A stretch of DNA of 64,000 bases from an uncultured delta proteobacterium (GTDB taxonomy: Bacteria; Myxococcota_A; Polyangia; Fen-1088), in the NCBI GenBank assembly GCA_963755125.1, contig CAVWIP010000017.1, forward strand, positions 224,001-288,000. The letters are read 5' to 3'. The notes below the pieces were generated by a model that had not been told where the DNA came from, made no database searches, and saw only the letters and a program-made list of their open reading frames with translations. Numbering within the stretch: the stretch's first letter is position 1; every line of letters starts with the position of its first letter. The position numbers and the translations under genes are program-made. Shown one piece after another: positions 1-7,780 of this stretch.

Positions 1-1860
1 GGCGATGCGCAGGGGCTCGATGGCGACGTGATCGAGACCCAGGTGCGACAGGACCGCGCGCCAGTCGCCGAATCCGTTGTCCAGAAACAGCTTCTGCGCG
101 GTGTCGCCCGCCAGCGTCAGCGAGGGCAGTCGCCGGGTCGCGCCGGATCGGGTTTGTCCGATCAGCGCCGCCAGCTTCATGGGTGAGAGATCCTGTGCCT
201 CGTCGACAAACAGGTGGGCCAGCGGAGATTCTACCGGCCGCACCAGTTGGTTGGCTCGCACGAGCATGGCCAGGTCGTCGGCGTCGAGCAAAGGCTGATC
301 GTCTTCGGTGCGCTGTCCGTCGATGCCTATCTCGCCGCGCACGTTCTCGTCGTCGTCCACCTCGTCCCGCTCGCTCTCGAAACGCCGCACGCCCTCGGGC
401 AGATCCGAATCCACGCTCTTGCCGCGAGGATTCTCGGAAAGTTCCATGGTCGTCCAGGCACCAGCCGCCGCGAGATCTTCTCCGTCGTCCCTGCCCCGTC
501 GCCGCCGGGGCACCGGTTTTTTCTCGGAAGGCCGATCGCGCGGATCCAGGCTGACGATGGCCTGCACGCGCGTGACCATGATCCGGTGCGCCTCCAGGAT
601 GTCGGCCTCGGCCACCGGCATCTCGGGATCGTTGCGCAGCAGCGACAGCAGCAGGTTGCGGTCAGTGAGTAGTTCGGCCCACAACTCGACCGCCGCGCGG
701 GAGCCGCGCTTGCCCACGCGGGCCGCAGCCTTGCGCTCCAGTTCGTGCAGCAGGGCCGGATGGCTCTTCACACGCGTGACCGCGGGCACCACGTCGTCGG
801 TGAGGGTGGCATGGATCCAAGGGATCGCCTTGCGCAACTCGCGCTCGGCCCATTCGTCGAAGGTCACCACGCGCACGCCCGGCAGGCCCAGAGCCGGCAA
901 CACCTGGCCGATGTACGCGGCCAGCCCCGCGCCTTGCGTGACCACCACCATGCGCCTGGCTGGGAAACGATCGGGAAAAGCGAAACCCAGATAGGCCATG
1001 CGGTGCAGTCCAATGGTGGTCTTGCCGCTGCCCGCGCCGCCCTGGATGACCACCACACCCGAGTGCGGGGCCGTCATGATCTCGAACTGGCGCGGATCGA
1101 TGAGCGCCGCGATTTCGGGCAGGTGCCGGTCGAGCCGCTGTTCGTCCTCGCGCGCAGATCCCAGCATCCCGCGGCGGGGAATGGGTCGGGTGGCGGTTCG
1201 TTCGCCGCCGGCCAGCTCGCGCAGGGGCGCGTCCGCACGCTGCCAGATCGCGACGCCATGGTTGTGGCCCGCCGGCCAGCGCTTGACCCAGATCCCCTGC
1301 GGGCAAGCAATGCGTAGTAGCGTTCCATCCTGGATGGTCACTGTCCGTCGGACCAGGATGTCGCCCTCTACTTCGCGCTCGCCAAAGGTTTCTTCGTAGT
1401 CGCTGCCTTCTGAGTAGCGATAGTAGATCTGGCTGACCGGGGCGTTGCGCCAGTCCACGATGGCGATGCGCGTGCAGGGATCGGTGAAGGTGGCGCGGCC
1501 GATGAACACGTCGCGCTCCACCTCGCCCCGGCCGGCCACGCGCTCGCGCAAGCGCAGGTGGGCGAAGTACGGCGAGCGCGGATCCACCAGAACGTGTTGC
1601 AAGCCGGCGCGGGTGAGCGAGACTTCCTGCAAACGCTCCATCTGGGCGATTAAAGCAGGGACGTCTTCCAGGCGGGCCTCGCCGATCTCGTCGCGCAAGG
1701 CCATCAACTCGGCATCGTAGCCGCGCGAACGCCCCGCCGCCTTGCCCCTGCTGGCCGGCTTTTGAGCAGCCGCCGCGGCTAGGCTCTCCGCAACCCGAGC
1801 AAACAGCCGCTCTTCCTCGGCAGGAATGTCGTCGAGCGGGCTGTGCAAATCCTCGTCCAT
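1..1860 (-). CDS. HelD/UvrD-like SF1 helicase-family ATPase (partial, runs off left edge)
   Basis: Hand translation from ATG 1860 (alternative 1869): MDEDLHSP...SPYFAHLRL...IVDWRNAPVSQIYY...LIDPRQFEIM...VVVIQGGAGSGKTTIGLHRMAYL (Walker A; PYF, DWRxP and LHRxAYL are HelD-type motifs). Missing from ORF track because there is no stop in the window. Confidence 0.8.
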   Translation of the reverse strand, partial: MDEDLHSPLDDIPAEEERLFARVAESLAAAAAQKPASRGKAAGRSRGYDAELMALRDEIGEARLEDVPALIAQMERLQEVSLTRAGLQHVLVDPRSPYFAHLRLRERVAGRGEVERDVFIGRATFTDPCTRIAIVDWRNAPVSQIYYRYSEGSDYEETFGEREVEGDILVRRTVTIQDGTLLRIACPQGIWVKRWPAGHNHGVAIWQRADAPLRELAGGERTATRPIPRRGMLGSAREDEQRLDRHLPEIAALIDPRQFEIMTAPHSGVVVIQGGAGSGKTTIGLHRMAYLGFAFPDRFPARRMVVVTQGAGLAAYIGQVLPALGLPGVRVVTFDEWAERELRKAIPWIHATLTDDVVPAVTRVKSHPALLHELERKAAARVGKRGSRAAVELWAELLTDRNLLLSLLRNDPEMPVAEADILEAHRIMVTRVQAIVSLDPRDRPSEKKPVPRRRRGRDDGEDLAAAGAWTTMELSENPRGKSVDSDLPEGVRRFESERDEVDDDENVRGEIGIDGQRTEDDQPLLDADDLAMLVRANQLVRPVESPLAHLFVDEAQDLSPMKLAALIGQTRSGATRRLPSLTLAGDTAQKLFLDNGFGDWRAVLSHLGLDHVAIEPLRIA

Positions 1861-1940
1861 GTACAACATCAACTATACCGGACAGAGCCGAGGATGCCGG
1901 TGCGGCGGGCCGCAATCAGGCGTGTGCCAGCACGGGGCGA

Positions 1941-2141
1941 GATCCTACGCAATCACGGAGGGCCACGACCCTCATCGAACGCGAGTGTAGCGAGTCCGAT
2001 CCCGGATTCGTTGCTCTGGTGGTGCTGGCCGAGTTGGTGTGGGTGGCCGAGACCTGCTATTCCGCCTCGCGCGAGGAGCAGCGCCGGATCGTCCGCCGCA
2101 TCCTGGAAATGCGCCAACTGATGGTGCAAGAGGCGGAAACA
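1941..2141 (+). pseudogene. Internal fragment of a PIN-domain (VapC-like) toxin gene
   Basis: Frame reads DPTQSRRATTLIERECSESDPGFVALVVLAELVWVAETCYSASREEQRRIVRRILEMRQLMVQEAET, typical of the middle of VapC PIN proteins; no N-terminal DTN motif, no start codon, no C-terminal half. Confidence 0.6.
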
Positions 2142-2170
2142 CGGCGGTGGCGACCTCGCCGCAAGCAGGC

Positions 2171-2299
2171 TTCACCGGGACGGGCAGCATGACCGTGGCA
2201 GGGCTCGACCACACGGCGACGTTGTTGGGCAATGGGATGGTGCTCGTCGCTGGTGGGTTCAGTGGCGCACCTCTTTCGAGCGCGGAACTGTACCAATAG
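2171..2299 (+). pseudogene. C-terminal kelch-repeat remnant
   Basis: [42 protein letters not shown] is a single kelch/galactose-oxidase-type repeat (HTATLL.NG.VLVAGG...SAELY) with no upstream repeats. Confidence 0.65.
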
Positions 2300-3311
2300 C
2301 ACCCTCATCGATCGCCAGCACGCCCGCGCCACGAATGGCGTCGTGTTTGAGCGCGATAAGCGCCTGGTTCGCCTCGGCCAGAGAGAAGGTCTGCACGTGA
2401 GGGCGCAGACCAAGGCGCGCGGCCTCGGCCAGGAACTCGCGGCCGTCAGACCGGGTGTTGTTGGCCACCGAGCGAACCGCACGCTCGCGGTAGATGAGCT
2501 GGTAGGGAAAGCTCGGGATGGGCGACATGTGTATGCCACCCAGAACGAGGGTGCCGCCCGCATCCAGCGCGGCCAGGGCTGGCGGTACGATTTCGCCCGC
2601 GGGCGCGAAGATGATGGCTGCGTCCAGTTGGACCGGCGGCGTATCCACCGTGCCGCCCACCCAGGTCGCGCCCAGCTCGGACGCCAGCGCCTGGTGCCGC
2701 TCGCGGTCGCGCGTGCACACGTACACCTCGGCGCCGCGGCCGCGCGCCACCTGGATGGCGATGTGGCCGGCGGCGCCGAACCCGTACAGGCCGAGGCGCG
2801 CACCAGCCCACGCGTCGATGCCGGTGAGCTTGAGCGCGCGATAGCCGATGATCCCGGCGCACAGAAGCGGCGCCGCGGCCAGATCGGAAAGGTCGTCGGG
2901 CAGGGGATAGGTGAACGCGGCCGGCGCCTTGATCTCGGTCGCGAAGCCACCGTCGACTGTCCAGCCGGTGAAATCGGCCGACTCGCACAGGTTCTCGCGC
3001 CCCGCGCGGCAGAAGCGGCAGGTGCCGCACGTCCGGTGCAACCAAGCCACGCCCACCCGTTGCCCGAGGGAAAGCCCGGCGACGTCCGCACCTAACTCGG
3101 TCACCCGGCCCACCACCTGGTGCCCTGGAATCATCGGCGAACGCCGCGTTGGCAACTCACCCTCGACCACGTGCAAGTCGGTCCGGCAGATGGCGCAGGC
3201 CGCGACGGCAATGCGCACTTCACCCGCCGCAAGTCCAGGTGATGGCAGATCGCGTAACTTCAAGGGTTGCGTGGCAACCTGGGCCGGGGCCGACAAGACA
3301 CAGGCTTTCAT
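2259..3311 (-). CDS. Zinc-dependent alcohol dehydrogenase family protein (MDR)
   Basis: [15 protein letters not shown], structural Zn [30 protein letters not shown] at 3311. Confidence 0.92.
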   Translation of the reverse strand: MKACVLSAPAQVATQPLKLRDLPSPGLAAGEVRIAVAACAICRTDLHVVEGELPTRRSPMIPGHQVVGRVTELGADVAGLSLGQRVGVAWLHRTCGTCRFCRAGRENLCESADFTGWTVDGGFATEIKAPAAFTYPLPDDLSDLAAAPLLCAGIIGYRALKLTGIDAWAGARLGLYGFGAAGHIAIQVARGRGAEVYVCTRDRERHQALASELGATWVGGTVDTPPVQLDAAIIFAPAGEIVPPALAALDAGGTLVLGGIHMSPIPSFPYQLIYRERAVRSVANNTRSDGREFLAEAARLGLRPHVQTFSLAEANQALIALKHDAIRGAGVLAIDEGAIGTVPRSKEVRH

Positions 3312-3379
3312 GGCGGAAAATCGACGAAATTGTACCACCGCGTGGCCGAACCGTTTCCCATGTTAAAGTCGCAAGACCA

Positions 3380-4390
3380 GTGAGCGAACAAGAAAAGAGC
3401 AAAGGGCTGGTAGCTGTCACAGGCGCTGCGGGCCATATCGGCGGCAATCTGGTGCGCGGCCTGCTGGCGCAGGGGCGGCGGGTACGGGCGCTGGTGCGCG
3501 AGCACACGGCTGGCATCGACGGCCTGGCGGTGGAGGTGGTTCGCTGCGACGTCACCGACGCCCCGGCCTGCCGCCGCGCTTTGGCCGGCGCTTCGATCGT
3601 TTACCATTTGGCGGCGCGCATCTCGGTGGGCTGGGATCCGCCCGGGCCGGTCGAGGCGGTGAACCTGGGCGGCACGCGCAACGTGGTCGAGGCGTGCCTG
3701 GCCTGCGGCGTGGAGCGTCTGGTGCATTTCAGTTCGATCCACGCCTTCTCCGCCGACCCGACCGACGGTGTGATCGATGAATCGCGCCCGCTGGTCGCCA
3801 AAGATTCGCAGGCGTTGGTCTACGACCGGACCAAGGCCGAAGGCGAACGCGAGGTGATGGCCGCGGTGGCCCGCGGACTGGACGCGGTCGTCGTGAATCC
3901 TTCGTCGGTGATTGGCCCCTACGATTTTGCGCCATCGGCTGTGGGCGAGGTCTTGCTCGACCTCTATCACGGTCGCTTCCCAGCGCTGGTGGGTGGGGCT
4001 GGCTTCAACTGGGTCGACGTGCGCGATGTGGTCGCCTCGGCCTTGCTGGCCGAGTGTCGTGGCCGCAAGGGCGAGCACTACCTGCTCACCGGTCATTGGC
4101 TCGCTGTCGTCGAACTCGCCCGGCTCTGGGGCCGGGTCTCGGGCGCCAAGATCCCGCGTCTGGTCGTGCCCATGAGACTGGCGCGCGCGGCAGCGCCCTT
4201 CGCCGCGGCTTGGGCCAGGCTGTGGGGGCGGCGGCCCCTGTTCACTTCGGACTCGCTGCGCGTGCTGCGCAATCATCGCCACATCAGTCATGCCTGCGCC
4301 AACGCCGAGCTGGCGCACAACCCGCGGCCGTTGGAGGAAACCCTGCGCGACACCTGCCAATGGTTCAGGCAGGCCGGCAAGCTGGCATGA
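3380..4390 (+). CDS. NAD-dependent epimerase/dehydratase (3beta-HSD/dihydroflavonol reductase/HpnA-like extended SDR)
   Basis: VTGAAGHIG Rossmann motif, YHLAA, HFSSIHA, YDRTK (YxxxK), VVVNPSSVIGPYD; GTG start 3380 inferred. Confidence 0.88.
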   Translation: MSEQEKSKGLVAVTGAAGHIGGNLVRGLLAQGRRVRALVREHTAGIDGLAVEVVRCDVTDAPACRRALAGASIVYHLAARISVGWDPPGPVEAVNLGGTRNVVEACLACGVERLVHFSSIHAFSADPTDGVIDESRPLVAKDSQALVYDRTKAEGEREVMAAVARGLDAVVVNPSSVIGPYDFAPSAVGEVLLDLYHGRFPALVGGAGFNWVDVRDVVASALLAECRGRKGEHYLLTGHWLAVVELARLWGRVSGAKIPRLVVPMRLARAAAPFAAAWARLWGRRPLFTSDSLRVLRNHRHISHACANAELAHNPRPLEETLRDTCQWFRQAGKLA

Positions 4391-5148
4391 GCGAGCCGAG
4401 GCTGTACATTTGGCTGCTGGGGGCCTGGGTCGTCGTTGCGCTCGCGGTGGTGCCCTATCTGCTGCTGCGGCCAGCGCCCTACGGCCGCCACGGACGGGCG
4501 GGGTGGGGACCGGTGGTCAAGGCGCGCCTGGCCTGGGTTCTCATGGAGCTGCCGTCGCCGCTGCTCATGACTGTCATGTTCTGCCTCGGCGATCGCCGTA
4601 CCAACTTGCCCGCACTGGCGGCTCTGGCGCTGTGGCTCGGGCACTACGTCTACCGCACCTTTGTCTTTGCCTTCCTGCTCCCGTCCGCCAGCAAACCCAT
4701 GCCTCTGGTAGTGCTCGCCTCGGGGGCGTTTTTCAACGCGGTCAACGCCTATCTGAATGGTCGCTGGCTCTTTGCCCTTTCGCCGGCGCGGCCCGCGGCT
4801 TGGTTGTGGAGCGTTCCTTTTCTCGTCGGCGTGATTCTGTTCGCTGCAGGGTTTTTGACCCACGTCTTGGCGGATCGCGAGTTGCGACACCTGCGCTGGC
4901 AGTCGGGCGGCGCGTACGTGGTTCCGCACGGCCCGCTCTTTCGCCGGGTGTCCTGCCCCAACTATTTTGGCGAAATGATCGAATGGGCAGGCTGGGCCAT
5001 AGCCACGTTCTCGTTGCCGGGACTGGTTTTCGCTTTGTGGACCGCGGCCAACCTGGTGCCCCGCGCGCTCAAACACCACGCCTGGTATCGCGCCAGCTTT
5101 GCCGATTACCCACCGGCGCGGAAAGCGATCATTCCGTTCGTGCTGTGA
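4387..5148 (+). CDS. 3-oxo-5-alpha-steroid 4-dehydrogenase (steroid 5alpha-reductase family) membrane protein
   Basis: APYGRH, AWVLMELPS, HYVYR, FNAVNAYLN, LFRRVSCPNYFGEMIEWAGWA, ANLVPRA..HH.WY, RKAIIPFVL are SRD5A motifs; ATGA overlap with upstream gene. Confidence 0.9.
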   Translation: MSEPRLYIWLLGAWVVVALAVVPYLLLRPAPYGRHGRAGWGPVVKARLAWVLMELPSPLLMTVMFCLGDRRTNLPALAALALWLGHYVYRTFVFAFLLPSASKPMPLVVLASGAFFNAVNAYLNGRWLFALSPARPAAWLWSVPFLVGVILFAAGFLTHVLADRELRHLRWQSGGAYVVPHGPLFRRVSCPNYFGEMIEWAGWAIATFSLPGLVFALWTAANLVPRALKHHAWYRASFADYPPARKAIIPFVL

Positions 5149-5157
5149 AATTGTTTG

Positions 5158-6333
5158 CTAGTGAGACGAGGTGCACGGCAGCCGTGGCTGGCACCCACCG
5201 GTGGGGCCGCAGTATCCGCTGTAGCACATGGCGTCCCCGGTGCAGCTCACGCCGTTGGCGGCGTAATTTTGACAGAGACTTGCCACGCAGACAGCGCCGG
5301 GCTGGCACTGGGCACCGACCCCGGTGCCACAAGGCTGCTTGGCGGCGGGAATTGCGGTGCAGGTTCCGCTGAGCGCCGCGATCCCGGTGCCTGTCAGACA
5401 GTAGGTTCCGGTCGCGCAAGCTTCAGGGAAGCCGGGTTTGCAAGCTCCCCCTGCCGGGTATGTGCCGGTCGTGACGCATGTCCAAACCAGTTTCTGGCTG
5501 ATGAGATCGACATGGTCCGCGACGCACGAAACCCCTGGGGCACAGAGAGTTCCCGCAACCGGATCGCAAGTGGCGCCCGCGGCAGCGCTCAAGGCGTCGA
5601 CGGCGTTGCGACAGGTGCCGGAGATCTTGTTGGTATCGTCCTCACCCAGGCAAAGCAGGCCGGGACCGCAGGGCGGCGAGCCGTAGTCGCAACTATCGCC
5701 GGCCGTGGCCGGCTTCACGCAGAGACTGGTTTCGCTGGAGCATTGCAGTCCGTCGGCGCAATCGCCGTCGGCCGAACAGGCTTGGCCCGCACTCAACAGG
5801 GGAACGCAGGTACCGGGACAGGTGCCGCTGCTCGATTGGCAGAGGGCGCTGCCCGCACACTCCTCGTTGAGATCGCAGTTGCCACCCAGAGGCACCAAGC
5901 CATCCAGTGCGGCCAGGCAGGCCGGCTGGTCGCGCGTGAGCAGCCCATCGCAAGTGAGGCTGCTGATGGCGTCGAGGCAGGCCTGGGCCTTGGTGCCATC
6001 GTATCTGATGGTGCCTGCGGTGATCTCCTGGGGCATTAGCGCGAAGGTTCCGTTCTCGAGTCGCTGGGTGGTCAAATCCACACAGTCCGTGCCGCCGAAA
6101 AAGAGGGAGAAGAGCGGTCCCAGGCAGTTCTGATACGCCGTGCAGATAGCTGCGGCATACTTGGCGGGCAGCGCATCGAAGGCGATGCCTCCTCCGGTGG
6201 AGCCGCTGTCATTGCTGGCGGGCAGCGCGTCGGTGGCGGGAGGCCCACTATTGCCCGTGCAGCTACTGCCGCTACAGGCAAGAAAGAGTCCGGTCACAAG
6301 CAAAGACGTGGTGGACAGACGCAGCTTTGACAT
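5158..6333 (-). CDS. Cysteine-rich secreted lipoprotein (myxobacterial type)
   Basis: Lipobox LFLAC after hydrophobic stretch; many G..C....C..GL.C repeats. Confidence 0.75.
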   Translation of the reverse strand: MSKLRLSTTSLLVTGLFLACSGSSCTGNSGPPATDALPASNDSGSTGGGIAFDALPAKYAAAICTAYQNCLGPLFSLFFGGTDCVDLTTQRLENGTFALMPQEITAGTIRYDGTKAQACLDAISSLTCDGLLTRDQPACLAALDGLVPLGGNCDLNEECAGSALCQSSSGTCPGTCVPLLSAGQACSADGDCADGLQCSSETSLCVKPATAGDSCDYGSPPCGPGLLCLGEDDTNKISGTCRNAVDALSAAAGATCDPVAGTLCAPGVSCVADHVDLISQKLVWTCVTTGTYPAGGACKPGFPEACATGTYCLTGTGIAALSGTCTAIPAAKQPCGTGVGAQCQPGAVCVASLCQNYAANGVSCTGDAMCYSGYCGPTGGCQPRLPCTSSH

Positions 6334-6429
6334 TGGGCCTCCAAGTTAGCCCTATCAGGGTAACACGGATGGCGGCACACCTCTGAATGTTCTCCTGCGG
6401 CCAAGGGGGTGGTAGGCTCGCTACCTACA

Positions 6430-6996
6430 ATGAAAGATCCGTTGCTTCGGTTTGGTGTTGCGCTCGAGAGCTCGTTGCTACGGGAGGTCGATGCTTTGGT
6501 ACGTCAGCGCGGGGGCACTCGCTCCGAGCTGTTCCGGGACTTGTCTCGAGCCGAGGTTGGGCGGGCCAAGGTGCGCGAGGCCGTAGAGGCGGTCGGGACG
6601 CTCACGTTGGTTTACAACCATCACGTGCGCGACCTCAGCGAAAGATTGACCGAGCTCCAACATCAACTGGGCGAACAGGTGCGCGCCACGCTGCACGTTC
6701 ACATCAACCACGATTTGTGTCTTGAGGTTCTCGTCATGCGCGGCCGATCCGACCGCCTGCAATACATCGCCGACCGCCTTTTGGCTCTTCGGGGTGTAAA
6801 ACAGGGTGGCATCGAAATCATCACCGGCATCGGCGAGCCCGGCCACTCGCACGCGTACCCCGGCGCAGGTGAAGTTGCCCCGTCCGCCTCATCGGCGCGG
6901 GCACGGGGCGGGCGGCGTGCAAAACCGAGAACGCTCGATCCGCAGGAACCGCCCGCACACCCGCATCATCATCGAGGCCACGCGGGTAGCGGGTAG
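6430..6996 (+). CDS. nikR: Nickel-responsive transcriptional regulator NikR with His/Pro-rich C-terminal extension
   Basis: RHH N-terminus LRFGVAL...RSELFRDL; Ni site VYNHH and HVHINHDLCLEV. Confidence 0.93.
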   Translation: MKDPLLRFGVALESSLLREVDALVRQRGGTRSELFRDLSRAEVGRAKVREAVEAVGTLTLVYNHHVRDLSERLTELQHQLGEQVRATLHVHINHDLCLEVLVMRGRSDRLQYIADRLLALRGVKQGGIEIITGIGEPGHSHAYPGAGEVAPSASSARARGGRRAKPRTLDPQEPPAHPHHHRGHAGSG

Positions 6997-7012
6997 GAAC
7001 GGGTATGCCTGT

Positions 7013-7780
7013 CTACTGTTGAGACAAGGAAAACCGAACCGGCACGACGACCTTACTTGCAACGGGTACTCCGGAGGCTTGCGCGGGTTCAAATGTCCAT
7101 CCGCGGACTGCGTCGATGGCGGCCTGGTCCAGCAAGGGGTGGCCGCTGCTTTTGAGTAGAGAAACCCGCAGTGCCCTGCCGTCACGACTCACGGCGACGG
7201 TCGTTTCAACCACGCCCTCTTCGTGTCTTCGCCTCGATGCGATTGGGTATTCAGGCGGCGGATTGCTTCGGTAGCGCGGCGTTGCGAGCACGGTAATTGG
7301 CCCGGGCCCAGGCCCGGCAGCGGTCGGCGCTGCAGGCGCGATTGGCAAACCAGAAGTCTGGCCCTTGGTGCCCTTCAGCAGCGCTGTTTCGGCGGCGACG
7401 GGAAGAGCCACTTCGCCGTCAGGCGACACGTCGGTTGACGGGCTGTTGGCGATGGCGGGCGGATCAGGACGGGGTGGCGCGGGGGACTTGGGGCGCATCC
7501 GCGCGACGGAGGTTCTGGTCTTGACTGGTATCAGAGGGACCGGCGGCTCGTTTAAACGCGCAGGAGGGACGTCGCGTATCGGATCGAGCTTGGCTTCGAC
7601 AAGATCCACCACGACATTTTCCGCCGCAGCTTGTTTCTGCAGGGAACGTGTCAGGAAGACCGCGCCCAGTCCGAACAGCAGCGTGTGACAGATCGCCGAG
7701 GTAAAGAGGCTGACGAAATACCGCCTGCGCAGGACGGAGACAGCGCTTACTACGGGCATCGGCCACGTCACTCGTCTCAA
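7013..7780 (-). CDS. tonB: Energy transducer TonB
   Basis: TM with S-x3-H (SAICH), Pro-rich linker, C-terminal PEYPIASRRRHEEG...SSGHPLLDQAA...W.FEPA...VPVRF; alternative ATG 7759. Confidence 0.9.
   Translation of the reverse strand: MRRVTWPMPVVSAVSVLRRRYFVSLFTSAICHTLLFGLGAVFLTRSLQKQAAAENVVVDLVEAKLDPIRDVPPARLNEPPVPLIPVKTRTSVARMRPKSPAPPRPDPPAIANSPSTDVSPDGEVALPVAAETALLKGTKGQTSGLPIAPAAPTAAGPGPGPITVLATPRYRSNPPPEYPIASRRRHEEGVVETTVAVSRDGRALRVSLLKSSGHPLLDQAAIDAVRGWTFEPAQASGVPVASKVVVPVRFSLSQQ

Noticed and set aside
77..1915. Numerous ORF-track ORFs over the first 1.9 kb (e.g. 662..1915 minus)
   Set aside because: Shadow frames of the HelD-like gene, which is open from 1860 to the window edge.
1912..1930. 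Sigma54 promoter upstream of the HelD-like gene (TGGCAC...TTGC on minus strand)
   Set aside because: GG-to-GC spacing is 13 nt rather than the required 10.
6340..6430. NikR autoregulatory operator upstream of nikR
   Set aside because: A GTAACA half-site is present at 6360 but there is no matching half-site at 16-nt spacing.
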